A stretch of DNA of 64,000 nt from Cenococcum geophilum (GCA_050273025.1 CP158635.1:31186001-31250000); one strand, 5' to 3'. Shown: positions 1-12,934, counted from the stretch's first letter. Notes: a model not told the origin generated them from the letters alone. Numbers and translations: made by a program.

Positions 1-444
1 ATATGTACCCGTTGCGATATCTATTACAACGCAGCGTGGTTTTCAATAAACGAAATTCCAGCCAATCAAATATTGATATTTGCCAATATTTGCAGTGTCA
101 ATATTTAAATATTGGCAATAATTTAGATTAAATTACTATAATAGAAATATACTTATTCTAGAATAAAGATTATATAAATTATTGGTATAGATTGGCAGTT
201 TTATAATATATTCTCGCGTATAGAAGTATTTACATACTACAAAATGTCTTGGTACACGCTCCCTTACCAAAATTAAATATTAACTACCCCTAATTATACC
301 ACAACTATACGCAATTAAAGCTCTATATCTCTAATATAGCCTATTTACTCTGCTATCTACGTTATCTATAAGTAACTAGTTATATAATAGCTTTATAGTG
401 GCGCAGTAGAAGGGTAGTTAGATTTTTTGCGACCGTACGCGTAC

Positions 445-700
445 CAAAGCTCTGCAAAAGCCCTGCATAAAGCTCTGCTCGGAGCTCTACTCGGAGCTCT
501 ACTCGAAGCTCCGCTCAAAGCCCTATATAGAGCTCTAAAGTTCTACTAACACGCAGCACTAATATACTACAATCGGTCGTGCGAACGCCCATACGACTAG
601 TCGCTATACGATCGTCTCTACGAACGGCTCTATAAATGTCGCACGATTGCCCTTACAAATACCTATACAATTAATCGATTGATTAATTAATTACTTATAA
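445..700 (+). repeat. Array of ~12-bp GCTCTRCTCGRA units plus a block directly repeated at ~8920-9300
   Basis: Tandem gctctgctcgga/gctctactcgaa units; TCTACTAACAYGCAGCACTAATATACTA occurs at both ~542-569 and ~9186-9213. Confidence 0.8.
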
Positions 701-1100
701 CATGCGGAACGTTAATCCCCTAACGTAAATTTTGACCCGAGTTTATAAGTAATAAGCCAATCAATTTTAGAGCTTTATTATATAGACTTTAATTAATATA
801 TATAGAGATAAGGTTTTCTAGGGGGAGACCCCCTGGGACCCCCCTATATAGAGCTTTTGCTTAATTTAAAAGTAGTAGTAAAATCAAGGCGCCTTAGTTA
901 CTACTAGGTAAGGATCTACTACAGTGATCAAGGCGCCCTACTTAAGCTGGGCTTAAGGATTATATTAGTCACGAATCTAGTATATATTTGGACTGCAGAG
1001 CTTTAATATAAAGCCCTCTACGTAGGATCTAATATAGTGGGTACATATTTGCGTTCCCAAATATCGTCACGTGACGCAATTTTTGGGTGACAAAAACCGC

Positions 1101-2340
1101 TATTAATGTTGCTCGACTGACACCTACCGGAGGTTCCTCCGTCCTTCCTATCTCCTCTCTTACCTATCTCCTCGTCCGATGCTGTCCATATTACTATATT
1201 GACTAATAGATCCCTTAGTAGAGACTAGGGAGTATTGGAGCACCTCTAGCTCTTATAAGGAAGAAGAAAAGAAGAAAGGAAGGTATAGAGGAGGGAGTAT
1301 TTATAGATAGGAGGAGGCCTATAAACGGGAGATTAGGTAGCTATAATATAGACATTAATGTTGCTTAACTAACACCTACCAGGCGCCCCTCCGTCCTTCC
1401 TATCTCCTCTCTTACCCGTCTTATTAGATGTTGTCTATATCGCCACGTTAACTAATAGATCCCTTAGTGGGGACTAGGGAGGGGTATTAGAGCACCTCTA
1501 GCTCTTATAAGGAAGAAGAAGAAAGAAGAAGGGAGGAAGGTATAGAAGAGGGAGTATTTATAAACAGGAGGAGGCCTGCAAACGGGAGATTAGGCAGCCA
1601 TAATATAGATATTAACGTTGCTCAACTAATACCTACTAGGCGCCCCTCCGTCCTTTCTATCTCCTCTCTTACCCGTCTTATTAGATACTGTCTATATCGC
1701 CACGTTGACTAATAGATCCCTTAGTAGGGACTAGGGAGGAGTATTAGAGCACCTCTAGCTCTTATAAGGAAGAAGAAAAGAAGAAAAAAAGGTATAGAGG
1801 AGGGAGTATTTATAGACAGGAGGGGGCCTATGAATGGGAGATTAGGCAGCCATAGTATAGACGTTAATATTGCTCGGCTAATACCTACCGGACGCCCCTC
1901 CGTCCTTTCTATCTCCTCTCTCACCCGTCTCCTCGTTAGATACTATCTATATCGCCACGTTAACTAATAGATCCCTTAGTGGGGACTAGGGAGAGGTATT
2001 AGAGCACCTCTAGCTCTTATAAGGAAGAAAAAAAGAAGAGAGGAAGGTGTAAAGGAGGGAGTATTTATAAATGGGAGGAGGCCTGCGAATATAGGAGATT
2101 AGGCAGCCATAATATAGCTATTAAAGTTGCTCGACTAACACCTACTAGAGGCTCCTCCGTCCTTTCTATCTTCTCTCTCACCCGTCTCCTCGTCTAATGC
2201 TATCTATATTGCTATATTAACTAATAGATCTCTTAGTAGAAACTAAGGAGTATTAGAGCACCTCCAGCTCTTATAAGAAAGAAGAAAAAAAGAGAGGAAG
2301 GTGTAGAGAAGGGAGTATTTATAGATAGGAGGAGGCCCTG
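1101..2340. repeat. Tandem array of about 5 x ~254-bp units
   Basis: Units start near 1101, 1353, 1610, 1863 and 2119 (..ttaatgttgctcgactgacacctacc..). They differ mainly by RIP-type transitions. Confidence 0.95.
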
Positions 2341-2389
2341 CGAGCACGTAATTTGGTAAGTATTAATAAGCACAAGATTCTTATATAAG

Positions 2390-2860
2390 ATGGGCTTAAT
2401 TGCTTACTAAAATACGGGGTGTCTCTGTTACTGTAGTGGCTACTACAGTAGTAGAGACGCCTTAAATATTTAATATAACTGACTACTAAGGCTGTTAATA
2501 AGTAAAAGGTAGGCTACCGATATAGTGCGAACGATGTAGTTATTAATATTGTTTATAGCCTGTTTTTGCTTCTAGTATACGCGTAGATCGTCCTTATATT
2601 TGGCGTAGAGCTAGTTATAAGTAGTGAGCTAATTTAGGTCTAGCTTTGCTATTAATGTAGCCGTAGGTAGTATGTCCCTTAGTGTAAGCCAACTTAGTAG
2701 TTCTAGCTTTAGAAGATCATCTTTCTTCTTAGATGGGTTGATATACTACTATACCTTATTAGTTTTGGCTATGTCTTGGATAATAAAGAACCATTAAATC
2801 TAATTAGGTGGCTTATTAAGGATAAGGTTAATTTTTAATTTAGTAGAGGTTGTTATTTTT
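2390..2860 (-). pseudogene. Ty1/copia gag N-terminal-like fragment, RIPed
   Basis: Minus-strand reading ILNKPP(D)(W)I(E)WFFIIQDIAKTNKV(W)(Q)YINPSKKKDDL resembles fungal copia Gag starts. Recognised by eye only. Confidence 0.5.
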
Positions 2861-3464
2861 AGAATTTAATAGGTTAGGAAGGGTTTAGGTTAGGGTTTAG
2901 CTAGCGTCTTAGTAGAACCTTATTTAGACGTTCCAAACTTTTAATTTAATTTATTAGTTTATTTATTAGTCGGATTTTATTACGGGGAGCGCGATTAATA
3001 ACCCCTACTAATAGCTCTAACTACGTCTAATTTTTAATTTATAAATCGGCAGATCTATAGGTAATAGTTATTTTAAGTAGCTCTAGGTGCGGTATATATA
3101 AAATCTTAACTATAGTGTAGAGAAGTCGTGGCTGCTAATATGCGGTCCCAAGTAGCATATATTCTCGGAGGTCACGTAACTCCTTATATAAGCGATATTT
3201 CCGCCCTTTAAAATAAATTTGAAAAATTCTAAAAATTAATTAACGCTATAAATAGCAGTAATATTGATCCGGTAATACTGCCAATTTTCCTTATATACCA
3301 TTATATGTATATCTAATAGCTCTAAAAGCAGTAAGAAGGTAGGATGGATAGGGGGGTTAAAATTTAGAAAATTAAATTTCGCGGTTAAGCTATTTAAAAG
3401 TTAGAAAACTAAGATAAATGCCGCATTCTCCGTTTACCTCTAAGCTAGTATATAATTTCCTAAT

Positions 3465-6400
3465 TAGGAAAAGTCGTTTATAAATAATTACTGCTACCTC
3501 CATATAAAATCTTCTTATTATACCTCTTTAGTCTTACTTATAGATAACTAAAATTATTCTATATCGAACCTATATTTAAATATAAGCCCTAAAAGCTTCT
3601 TAACTTATAAAATTGCTATATAGGTTAGCCTAGCTATCTTATCCTTTTCCTTAATATTTAGAACTACCCGGTTAAGTATTAGGCCCTAGCTTTTATATAC
3701 GGTAAGAGTAAAAGCTAGAGTAATTAGAAATTAACGCCGTAAGTAAAAGCCTCTTATACCCTCCTATTTATAAAGCACGGAAAATATAGGGATAACCTTT
3801 TTACCATCCTACTAAGTAAATAGGGTAGGTCCGTTATACTTATCTACCGTAACTAGTAGTAACTAAGGCTAATCCTTTTTAATATCCGCATATCCCTTCT
3901 ATATAACGTCTTTAACTATACTAGTAGTACCATTTACTCAGCCTAGTTCAACCCAGATATTATATATTAGCATTACTTTCGCGCCAATATATAGGGCTAG
4001 ATTCTCTATAGTATCGCACTAATTAGGAGTAACTTTCCGCGTACCTACACTAGTGTCAACTAACTTAATAGCTACTACTAGCTGTAAAAGATCGCGAAGC
4101 TAAATAGTGTTATACTTACCTACAACAGCGCGTATGCCATATAGCCGAATTATATTATTAAAGCCTACAACCTTATTAGTAGATAGGCCCTGCTTATACC
4201 TAGTTAAAAGAAGCTTCCAGGTTAAATTACTTATAGAATCACTACGTAGCTCTATAAGGGCGGTCCTAAATATAAAGCTTTTAGTATTATTACTACCCTA
4301 CCATATAACTTAATCTAGGACAGTAGTTCGGTTAATCGCCTTATAGGCTCCCTTTCTATAGCTAGCAAGCTCTAATAGCCTAGTAGGTAGATTACTATAT
4401 AAGGCCGCCTAACCTATAGGGGGAAGCTAATAGAAATCGCCTACTAGCAAGATATTTAAGCCTTTAAAGTAGTTGTTGTTATACATAGGGTAGATCTAAC
4501 GGAGGCAGTAATTAATCTAGGCTAGATATACTTGCCCAATTATAGATTTCTTATTAAGGATAAGATAGTAAATATCCTTAAAAGCTTATTATAGAGGCGT
4601 AAGACTAGCAGTAGGCAATTTCTTAAAGGGGCGATTTATTAGCAACCTTAATAGTTTATATATAGTTTTACCGTTAATATTAAAGGCAGCTACTCTAGTA
4701 GGGGCGGCTTAAACTAATGGCGACGGCTTGCTATTAGCCCTTGCTATATTACAGAGCGTAGTAAAGAGGACAGTAATAAGATGCGATTTACCGGTTCCTA
4801 CCTCTCCATTAATATTAATCCGCAGTAGGGGGGGGGCAAGGCCCACTTAGATCTGCCTGTAGTAATTAACTATAATATTATAAATATAACGCTAACCTAG
4901 CTATAAGGAGGACGGAGTTACTATTTAGGATAGGCGGCTCCATAGTAGAGGCTATAGCTATACTTCTTACTAATAAGTCCTCTTATTAAGCTCCAGGTAC
5001 GTACCCTAATACGTACTCTAGTTATAGTTATAATTAAGCTCCCTATTACCAAGCCTGTTAGGATCCTTAAGTTTAACTCTATTAGTATTTTAAACGCGGG
5101 TATATAGGGCCTTAAAGGACTAATATAGCTCTAAGTCGTCTGCAAAATCGCCCTTAAACTCATTAATATTATTAGCAGTTTCGCAACCTTCCTCTAGTTT
5201 CCAATTATAGAAGTAATTAGGCGGGTGCTAATAAGAGTCAACGTAAGCCTAATAGGAAGCCACATAATTAGGGGCCCCAAATCTATTAGTATAAGTAGCC
5301 ACTTTGTAACCAACTACCGGACCTTGCATATTACCCTGTTTCACCTGCGTCAGCACTACCCTCGTATGTCTCAGATACGTTGGAAATGAGTCATAGGCTT
5401 CGGAGTTCGGGGTCTACTTTCATGTATTTATACCACTTGATTTCCATAGATTTACAATTAAGTTGCTCGTTCAATTCCCACACACTGCAAAGCTTACACA
5501 CTTCCTTATACTCCCTCTATGGGTAATAAAGAATGAGCTTTATATAGTAGAATTTAGGATACTGCGGATAAGAACGATTACCGTTATATTACGGAAAGTA
5601 CGATATAACTTAAGGCTTTACTCTTAACTAACGCTTATAAGTAGAGTAATTAAAATGGAGTAGAAAATTGAGGAAAGTAATGTCCTCTACCCTATCTGGG
5701 CGGCGCTTATATTTATTATAGTCAGACAGTCCGCACCCTCTTAGTTGCCCATTATTAAGCTCATACATAGCGCTTTAATTGTCCTCCTAGCGGTAGTCTA
5801 AAGTTATTATATTCCTAGAGCCTTTATAAAGGGGAATGTTAAGAAGTAAATAGTATACCTCCTGCGCTAACTAATTACGTTCGGCAATAAGCTTGTTTAT
5901 AAACCTAACTATAACTAAACTAAAGGCATAAAGGCTATTGGCGTGCGGCTGTACTAATTAGAGTAACTCCTAGTAGGAAGTTAAGTTTTTCTCTTTCTTA
6001 CTGCAATATTTACCTATATAGTTAACTATTACTAATATGCTTATAGCGGGTGACGTATTAATATTCGCCATCTACGCTAATATTATAGCTGCATTATAAC
6101 TATTAAGAAGCTTATCGTTACGCTATAGACAGAACGTCCAGTAATATGGATTTTAATCCTTTAATACAGCAGCCTTATTACGGAAAGACTGTGGAAAATA
6201 GAAGCGGCACTCCTTTGCTCTAGTGGAGCCTTTCTTTAATCTTAAGCAGTAAGATTTGGTGCAATTATAGTGCCGTTAAAATCGATTAAGGTAGGCAGTA
6301 AGAAGCTCACTAGTATTAAGCTGTTCTTTATAGCTTAGAGTAGAAGGATATTGGAGATTAGGAGGCCTAGATTAATTAGGATTAATTATAGATATAAAAG

Positions 6401-8452
6401 TAGCCCAGTACTTAGCAAAAGCTGCCCTTAATTTAATAGCTAACGGATCTAGCCTTAGGGCTGTTAAACTCCATAAAAAGCCATATATATAGCCGCTACC
6501 TTATACCTACCACTCATATTAGGACCAAAAGTCAGTGCCATTAAATAGGCCTATAAGCACGTGCTTCCTAAACAGATTAAAGCGGCAATACAGCCAGTAA
6601 GCAGTAATATGCGGATTATTATTAAGATTTTAAGAAGCAATCCAATAGCGCTAAGCCTTATTAGCAGCCTTATATTCGTTAAATAGAGGCATATAAGAGT
6701 GTAGATTATACTAATATAGATTAGTAGCGCTAAGTATAAAGAATAGAGACCCGCTCTTAATATTCTTAGCATAAGCCGTAAGCTTATTTCTTTTCTACCT
6801 CCAGTAAGGTCTAGTGCCCTTAAGGCTCCGTATATGCCGTATAATCTTATTTAGCAACTAGCTACCCCTATTACTATTTATAACATTACTAAACTTATCT
6901 AAAGATAGACTATTCTTATTTAATCGGCCGTAAAGGAAACGGGTGGCGTTAAGGGCTTGCTCTCTTATAATCCAATTAAACACATAGTAGCGAAATAAAG
7001 GGTAGCGGCCAAACCGACCGTCCTAATACTTAAGCATACGCTTAGCGTACGTAGCTAGGGTAACCGTACGGCTTCGCGGCATATTAAAATTGGCTTTACT
7101 ATAAGGAAACAGGGTAGAAAAGGCGCCGCGCATGATAAAACTAGCTAATCGCTTAGAGAGAGGTGTCTGTCGCATAGTAGGAACCTCTAAGCCCACTTAT
7201 AGGTCTTATTAGTATTAAACCTCGCGATCTAAAAGCTCTAATTCACTAAGGTTAGGCACTAGATTAGGAACTAAAGTATCCAGTATATTATTATTAAATT
7301 CGCCATCTAGTATATTACTGCTAAGCTCGGTAGGCAGAGGATTAATAGTAGGAGGACGTTGCATAGGAATAGTAGGGTAAGTCGTTAGGCCACTAGAATT
7401 AGACTCCAACTCGTTAATATAAGGTAGTTAATCTAATATAGAGCCATTTTCGGGTAAGCTAGTAAGCCAGGTGCTATATATTTCAACATCGCGATAATTA
7501 GGATAATTAACCTTTAGAAAGTAAAGCCACTATACTATAGTAGAGCGCCTTATAGTATACCGCTTGGTAAACCGCCAACCTAGGTATTCGCCGCCCTCTA
7601 CTACTATAGGCCTTACGACCAGTATATTAAGTTTAGTAGGTAGCCGCAGTAGCTGCCTCTAAGTCTTTAGTGTGTTCTAGCTAAAGCAGTAGACGTAGCT
7701 AGTATAGCGATATTGCTAGCCGCGTACACGCACAACTTATAGATAAACGTATATACGCGTAATCAGAAGCTCCTCTACCGCGGTAAGTATAGGTAGGAAG
7801 CCAGGAACAGGCCCTAGATTAAGCCCGTTGCTTTCACTAAATAGGGGAAAAAGGGTTGGATATTTAAGGCTATTGGCGTCCTTAATACAGGCTTTATATA
7901 TACCTATATTGTCACCCTCCATAGCTAGGCCCATTTGGAACCACCGCTCCTTACAACAACTGCATATCTCTATACATTTAGCCTATAGTATACTCCTAAA
8001 CTTCTTAATTCGCTTCTAATCGATAGCTAAAACGGGTAGTAGTATAGCTGTAGTCGGAGCAGGTATAGGAGCTAGTTCTAGCAAGGACGCATTTAGGCTA
8101 TCTAAAGTGCCTCTTCTGCTGCACAGAGCTTTATCTATAGTATATAGCGGAGGAGTAGGCGAGTAAGCTTCACCCCGCCGATTAAGAATACGGTGCTCCC
8201 GTTATATTATCCTAATTATCTTCCGCCGTTAAGCTATTTTAGGGGTATCTTAGCTATTCTGCCCGCGAGGTAGGAAGGCGTTCTTAGTATCGTTTTTAGG
8301 TGGAGCACTTTGCTAGCGCCTTATAGGACGATTCTCAGTAGTAGAATCCAACTCTATAAGAGCTCTCCGCTTATTTAAATTATATTTGGAGGCCTAGAAA
8401 AGTAAGCAGAAGTAGAAGTAATATATAGGGAAGACGCGCCTTTAACCAACAT
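3465..8452 (-). pseudogene. Helitron-like Rep/helicase (HUH endonuclease + PIF1-family helicase), RIP-inactivated and interrupted by a solo LTR
   Basis: After reversing RIP: VRVRGQQYRYTGHV (~7690-7733), KYQDGRFGRHPLFRYYVFN (~6980-7035), HUH motif YEWQxRGSGHxHG (~6481-6520), Walker A GEVGTGKS (~4784-4808), PIF1 motif RRQFxITLAFxLTVHKSQGL (~3680-3740). Both ends approximate. Confidence 0.9.
5305..5498. mobile_element. 194-bp solo LTR, not RIPed
   Basis: TGTAA...TTACA termini; 5-bp TSD CACTT (5300-5304, 5499-5503); retains many CA/TG dinucleotides. Confidence 0.9.
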
Positions 8453-8919
8453 AACTAGCACAGCTTTAAAATCTTCTTTAAAGGGCCGTCTTTAACAAAG
8501 TTAAGGCGGGGCTTATAGATATAGCACTTACTGCACTTAATTGCAGTAGGATCTGCCATATTTATTATATATAGCGGCATTAATAGAGGTGTTAACAAAA
8601 AGGAAGGCGCAATACTAGGATATTTTAATGTTTATAATATTTTGACGTTCGTCATGTGGATTCTGCCACAACTTACTATACGCAAGTTTTTTTCTAACCA
8701 ATCAGAAGCCAGCTTGGCGAAGTTTGAAATCTTAAACCCAAAAATATAGACCACTCGTACCTCGGGTCAATAAACGCCCGTATAAACGCCTATATATTGT
8801 CTATATAAAGGTCTCTACAAACGTCTCTATAAATGTCTACACGAACGCCTGTATAAACGCCTATATAAAGCCCTTTATAAGGCCTTTAAAAAATAAGCAT
8901 AAATGCAAGGTCTATATAG

Positions 8920-9410
8920 AGAAGCTCTATCAAAGCTCTGCTCAAAACTCTGCTCAAAGCTCTACTCAAAGCTCTGCTCAAAGCTCTATCGAAGCTCCGC
9001 TCAAAGCTCCGCATAAGGCTCTACTTAAAGCTCTATCAAAGCTCCACTTAAAGCTCTGCTCGAAGCTCTGCTCGAAGCTCTGCTCGAAGCTCTATCAAGG
9101 CTCTACACGGAGCTCTTCTTAAGCTTTACTTAAAAGCTCTACGCGAGGCTCTGCTCGAAGCTTTACACAACACTCCACTCAAAGCTCTACTAACATGCAG
9201 CACTAATATACTAGAAGACTCTATAATCGTTTATACGAACGGCTCTACAATTAATTAATTTATCGATTAATTGCCTGCACGAACGCCTATACGAACGTCT
9301 GCACGTCTACACATCTATACGTCTACACGCCTGCACGCTGCACGTGGCTCTACATAAGGCTCTACGCGAACCTCTGCACGAAGCTCTACTAAAGCTCTAC
9401 ACGAGGCTCT
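8920..9410 (+). repeat. Degenerate ~12-bp minisatellite (GCTCTGCTCGAA) arrays
   Basis: About 20 tandem units at 8920-9190 and related units to about 9410. Confidence 0.9.
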
Positions 9411-9424
9411 GCCTAAAATTTACC

Positions 9425-9483
9425 CCCTGCTACGAAGCACGACGGAGGGATAGTATTTGCGAAGCAAATCCCTACCAACTAGT
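9425..9483 (+). other. Candidate canonical Helitron 3' terminus (hairpin + CTAG|T)
   Basis: ATTTGC-GAA-GCAAAT hairpin (9455-9469) followed about 10 nt later by CTAG (9479-9482) and T. Confidence 0.5.
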
Positions 9484-12400
9484 ATCTATAGGTTAAAAGT
9501 CTTCTTTTACTAGCAGTTTAATAACTCTTTTATATTAAGGGAGTCTAATATAGGTATAAAAAGTAATAAGTCCGCTTTAAAAGCTATAATATTTAATAAT
9601 TTATCCGTATAATGTTAAAGTTAACAAATTTTGATAGGGTGCCAAGAAGATCTGCAAATATTACAAATATCGCCAATACTCGCCAATATTAATTAGTGCC
9701 AATATTAATCAATCTAATTGGCAATATTGATATTAAAAACCATGCTGTTACGACGTCCGTTGCCTAAATTTATATAGGGATATATATAGTCTTTAATAAA
9801 GTTAATAAAGCCACCTATATAAGGTCCAGACCTATATATAAGCTTAAAATAATTGCAAAAGCTAGATCTATTAGGAATAGATTTTTGGCTTTTATATATA
9901 TAGTTACTTATTATAATATTATAGGCGATATTAGGATTCCTAGTAACGGGTTTTTTTAGCAAAAATAATCTTAACTTTAGGTAGTTATAGGCCAATTTAG
10001 ACCCGATATTTATAAAATATTAGGTCGTCTCTCTAATCGATTAACTTTTAGTAGTATTTTAAGCCGTTAGGGCCGTAATATTACGGCGCTAGTAGAAACT
10101 GGTAGATTATAGCTAATAGATATCGGTGGATATTAGTAAATTATAGCGGACAGTTATAGATAGTTGTAGATAGTTTTATATAGTTCTAGATAGTTACTGT
10201 TATATAACTAGAGGATTATATATAACGCTAAGCGGCGCCGCCCTCCGTCTCCTTTCCTTTCTCTAGCTTTAGATCCTTATTTAAAGACTACTAATTATAT
10301 AGGCTTACGCGTCCCTCTTACTGTGCTCGTGCCTTAATTAACTAAGTCGCTAATATTATTTAAAGCTCAACTACCCTTTCTTTCTAAGAAGGAATTTAAA
10401 TATATTTACGAACTAGAATAGAATACAGAATTAGACCTAAAAGATATTACCAGAACTAGAAGAATAGAAAATAATAATAAGACTTATAGAATACGTATAG
10501 ACCAGAACCCTTGCAGAATTCTACTAAAAGTTACCCTAATAACGGTACCACGATGCTAAGAAATACAGCAGCCGGCAAAGCAGCCATAAAACCCTTAAAT
10601 ACCTCCGATAGTAAAATAGTAACTAATTTAAACTCCTAGGTAGAGCTTATAGTAGCTAATGCCAAAATTAAATAACTTTAAGAACTGCTTAAAGCTAGAG
10701 AACCCCCTATACCTAGTAAGGAATTATCGGATACCTAGAGACTTACTATAGTCCTTAAGGCTCTAGCCTAACGTATAGTATTAGCATTATCGCGGTCCGT
10801 AAAGGTTGTGGACCCCCTATTACTTATAGACGGAACCGACCCTATATTTAATAATTGGAAGCTTTAATTATAGAATAAGCTTAAAGTTAATACGGACCAC
10901 TTCCCTACTACTTAGGCTAAAATAGCCTATGTCTTTAGCTGTACTAGCGGGGACGTATAGACGCACCTACGTCCATAGTACGTATAAGACTTAGCAAAGC
11001 CCTTCCTCTCTAAAGAAGAGATAATTATCTACCTGTCTTCTATTTATAAGGACCCCTTTAAAGTATAAAATGCCTAACTTAATTATAAAAGCCTAAATAT
11101 AAAAACAATAGAGACCTTCTCGGCCTTTTAGACCCGCTTTTTATACCTAGCTAGCTAGGCTCGAATTCCCTAGAAAGATCTAATACTAGACCTATAGCGG
11201 GCCGTACTACTAGTTTTTACTACTATATAAACGCTAAAGAAACTTATAAACTAGTACTTAGCTATTAACTAAGGCCTTTACCGAATTAAGGCACGCGCTA
11301 AACGGTATAAAGTTAGAAACCCTTTAAATCAGACTATAAGCAATATAAGAACTGCCCGTAATGCCTAGTACAATTAGCAACCCCCGTAGCACTACCCGTA
11401 TAGCCCGCCGCTAATTTAATAGCTAGCTATATAGCTAGTTCTACTATAGGTCTAGCGAATGCTTAGCCTATATATAGCAACCCCTATATATAGGCCCTTA
11501 GTAATTAAGGAGCTTACTTCTCTTATAGTTAAAAAGGGTATTATATAAAGGATTGCCTAATAAATATAAAAGCGGATAAGGTTTTATTAATCTAGGAGGA
11601 TAGTATAGAGTTAGAAAAAGAGGAACCTTAAAGGAAGACTTCTCTCTAGGGTTAAAAGGGATTAATATATTAGATGTTAATCTAGGTTGGCTAGTTAGTA
11701 AAAAAAGCTATACTATCCCTTATACTTTATTCCGTAATAAATACTAAGTTTTAACCTCTACTTTAGCTAACTCTAGAGTAAATACCTTTACCTTAATAGA
11801 TACCTAGTATGCTATAAAGCTAGCCAACTTTATAAATGCACTTATTAAAGAACTACCTAAACTAATTCCTATCTGCGGGTATAATGGGTAGATAGGGCTA
11901 CCTATTACAACTATCTTATAGATTTACCTCTATGTTAACAGATAAAGGTAGTATAATATCCCCTTCCTTATTACGGACCTAGGTAGCTATAATATAATCT
12001 TAGGGCAAAAATAGCTAGCCTATTTAGGCTTATAGCTTAACGTACGGAGTAAGCGGCTTATCTAGCCTAAAACCCTACCCCTAACCCCTTCCTTTATAAA
12101 AGAAATTAGTATTACAATAGAAAACCTTATACGGCCCTAGATTAATACTATTTACTAGGCTAATGCTATGCGTAGGGACTCGGCCTTTAAGAAAGATATA
12201 TAGCTTAATTCGCAACGGATCTATATACTACGTCGCCCCCAAACTACCTATATTACACTACCTACATTAAAGACCTAAGAAGTTAATAGTGACCTAAAAA
12301 GCCCCCCTATAGAGAGCTTAGGCCTTATATAGCTATAAAAATAGTAAGGGATGTTAGACGTTATACTAAACTAATAAATTAGAGGGATAACCTATGGAAG

Positions 12401-12934
12401 ATAGAATAGGAGCTAAAAAAGATTATAAACCCTAGACTGCAAAATACGGTCTAGAAAACAGCTATAAGGAAACTAGCAAACCTCCCACTAGTTAATATCT
12501 ACTATATCAATACCGTAGAATTCTACTAAAACTTAGTTTAGCTTAATACTATTACCTTTATAATAAGCTTATACAAAATTAATTAAATAATTAAGAAAAA
12601 GGGAAGTAAACTATTACGGAACGTGGGTAGTAGCTATAGAGCGTATGTATTCGAGGAGTCTATAAGACGTTACGTGATAAATCGTAAGGGTCGAGGGCGT
12701 AAGGAGGTGATATACCTACGCGTAGCTGATATAAGCTGTACGCGAGGTATATATAAGAGCACGGGGCTCTCCTATAGAGGCCCCTACGGTAAGGTTCTAT
12801 AATACTACCCCCCCTCCTATAGAGGCGAAGCTCTGGTAACGCTGTGGTTACTATATATATATAGAAGGGACACTTAAGGTATAGAAAAGAAGAAAGGGGG
12901 GTATTGCTAAAGGTTTAAAACAACGTTATATAAT

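Larger units (their letters stand above)
32..9747. mobile_element. TIR-bounded DNA transposon unit with hAT-like ends, enclosing Helitron-like cargo; no transposase recognised
   Basis: Left TIR CAGCGTGGTTTTCAATA (32-48); right end TATTAAAAACCATGCTG (9731-9747; revcomp CAGCATGGTTTTTAATA, two transitions). 8-bp flanks TTACAACG (24-31) and TTACGACG (9748-9755). Clusters of GCCAATATT-like subterminal repeats at about 61-120 and 9654-9735. Confidence 0.85.

Noticed and set aside
121..330. hAT transposase remnant inside the TIR unit
   Set aside because: No DDE, BED or hAT dimerisation motif was recognisable here or at 9483-9650.
2881..2900. Telomere-like TTAGGG repeats
   Set aside because: Only one or two imperfect units; not an array.
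9756..10078. Possible Cys-rich coding relic in the host sequence flanking the TIR unit
   Set aside because: Too short and too RIPed to assign.
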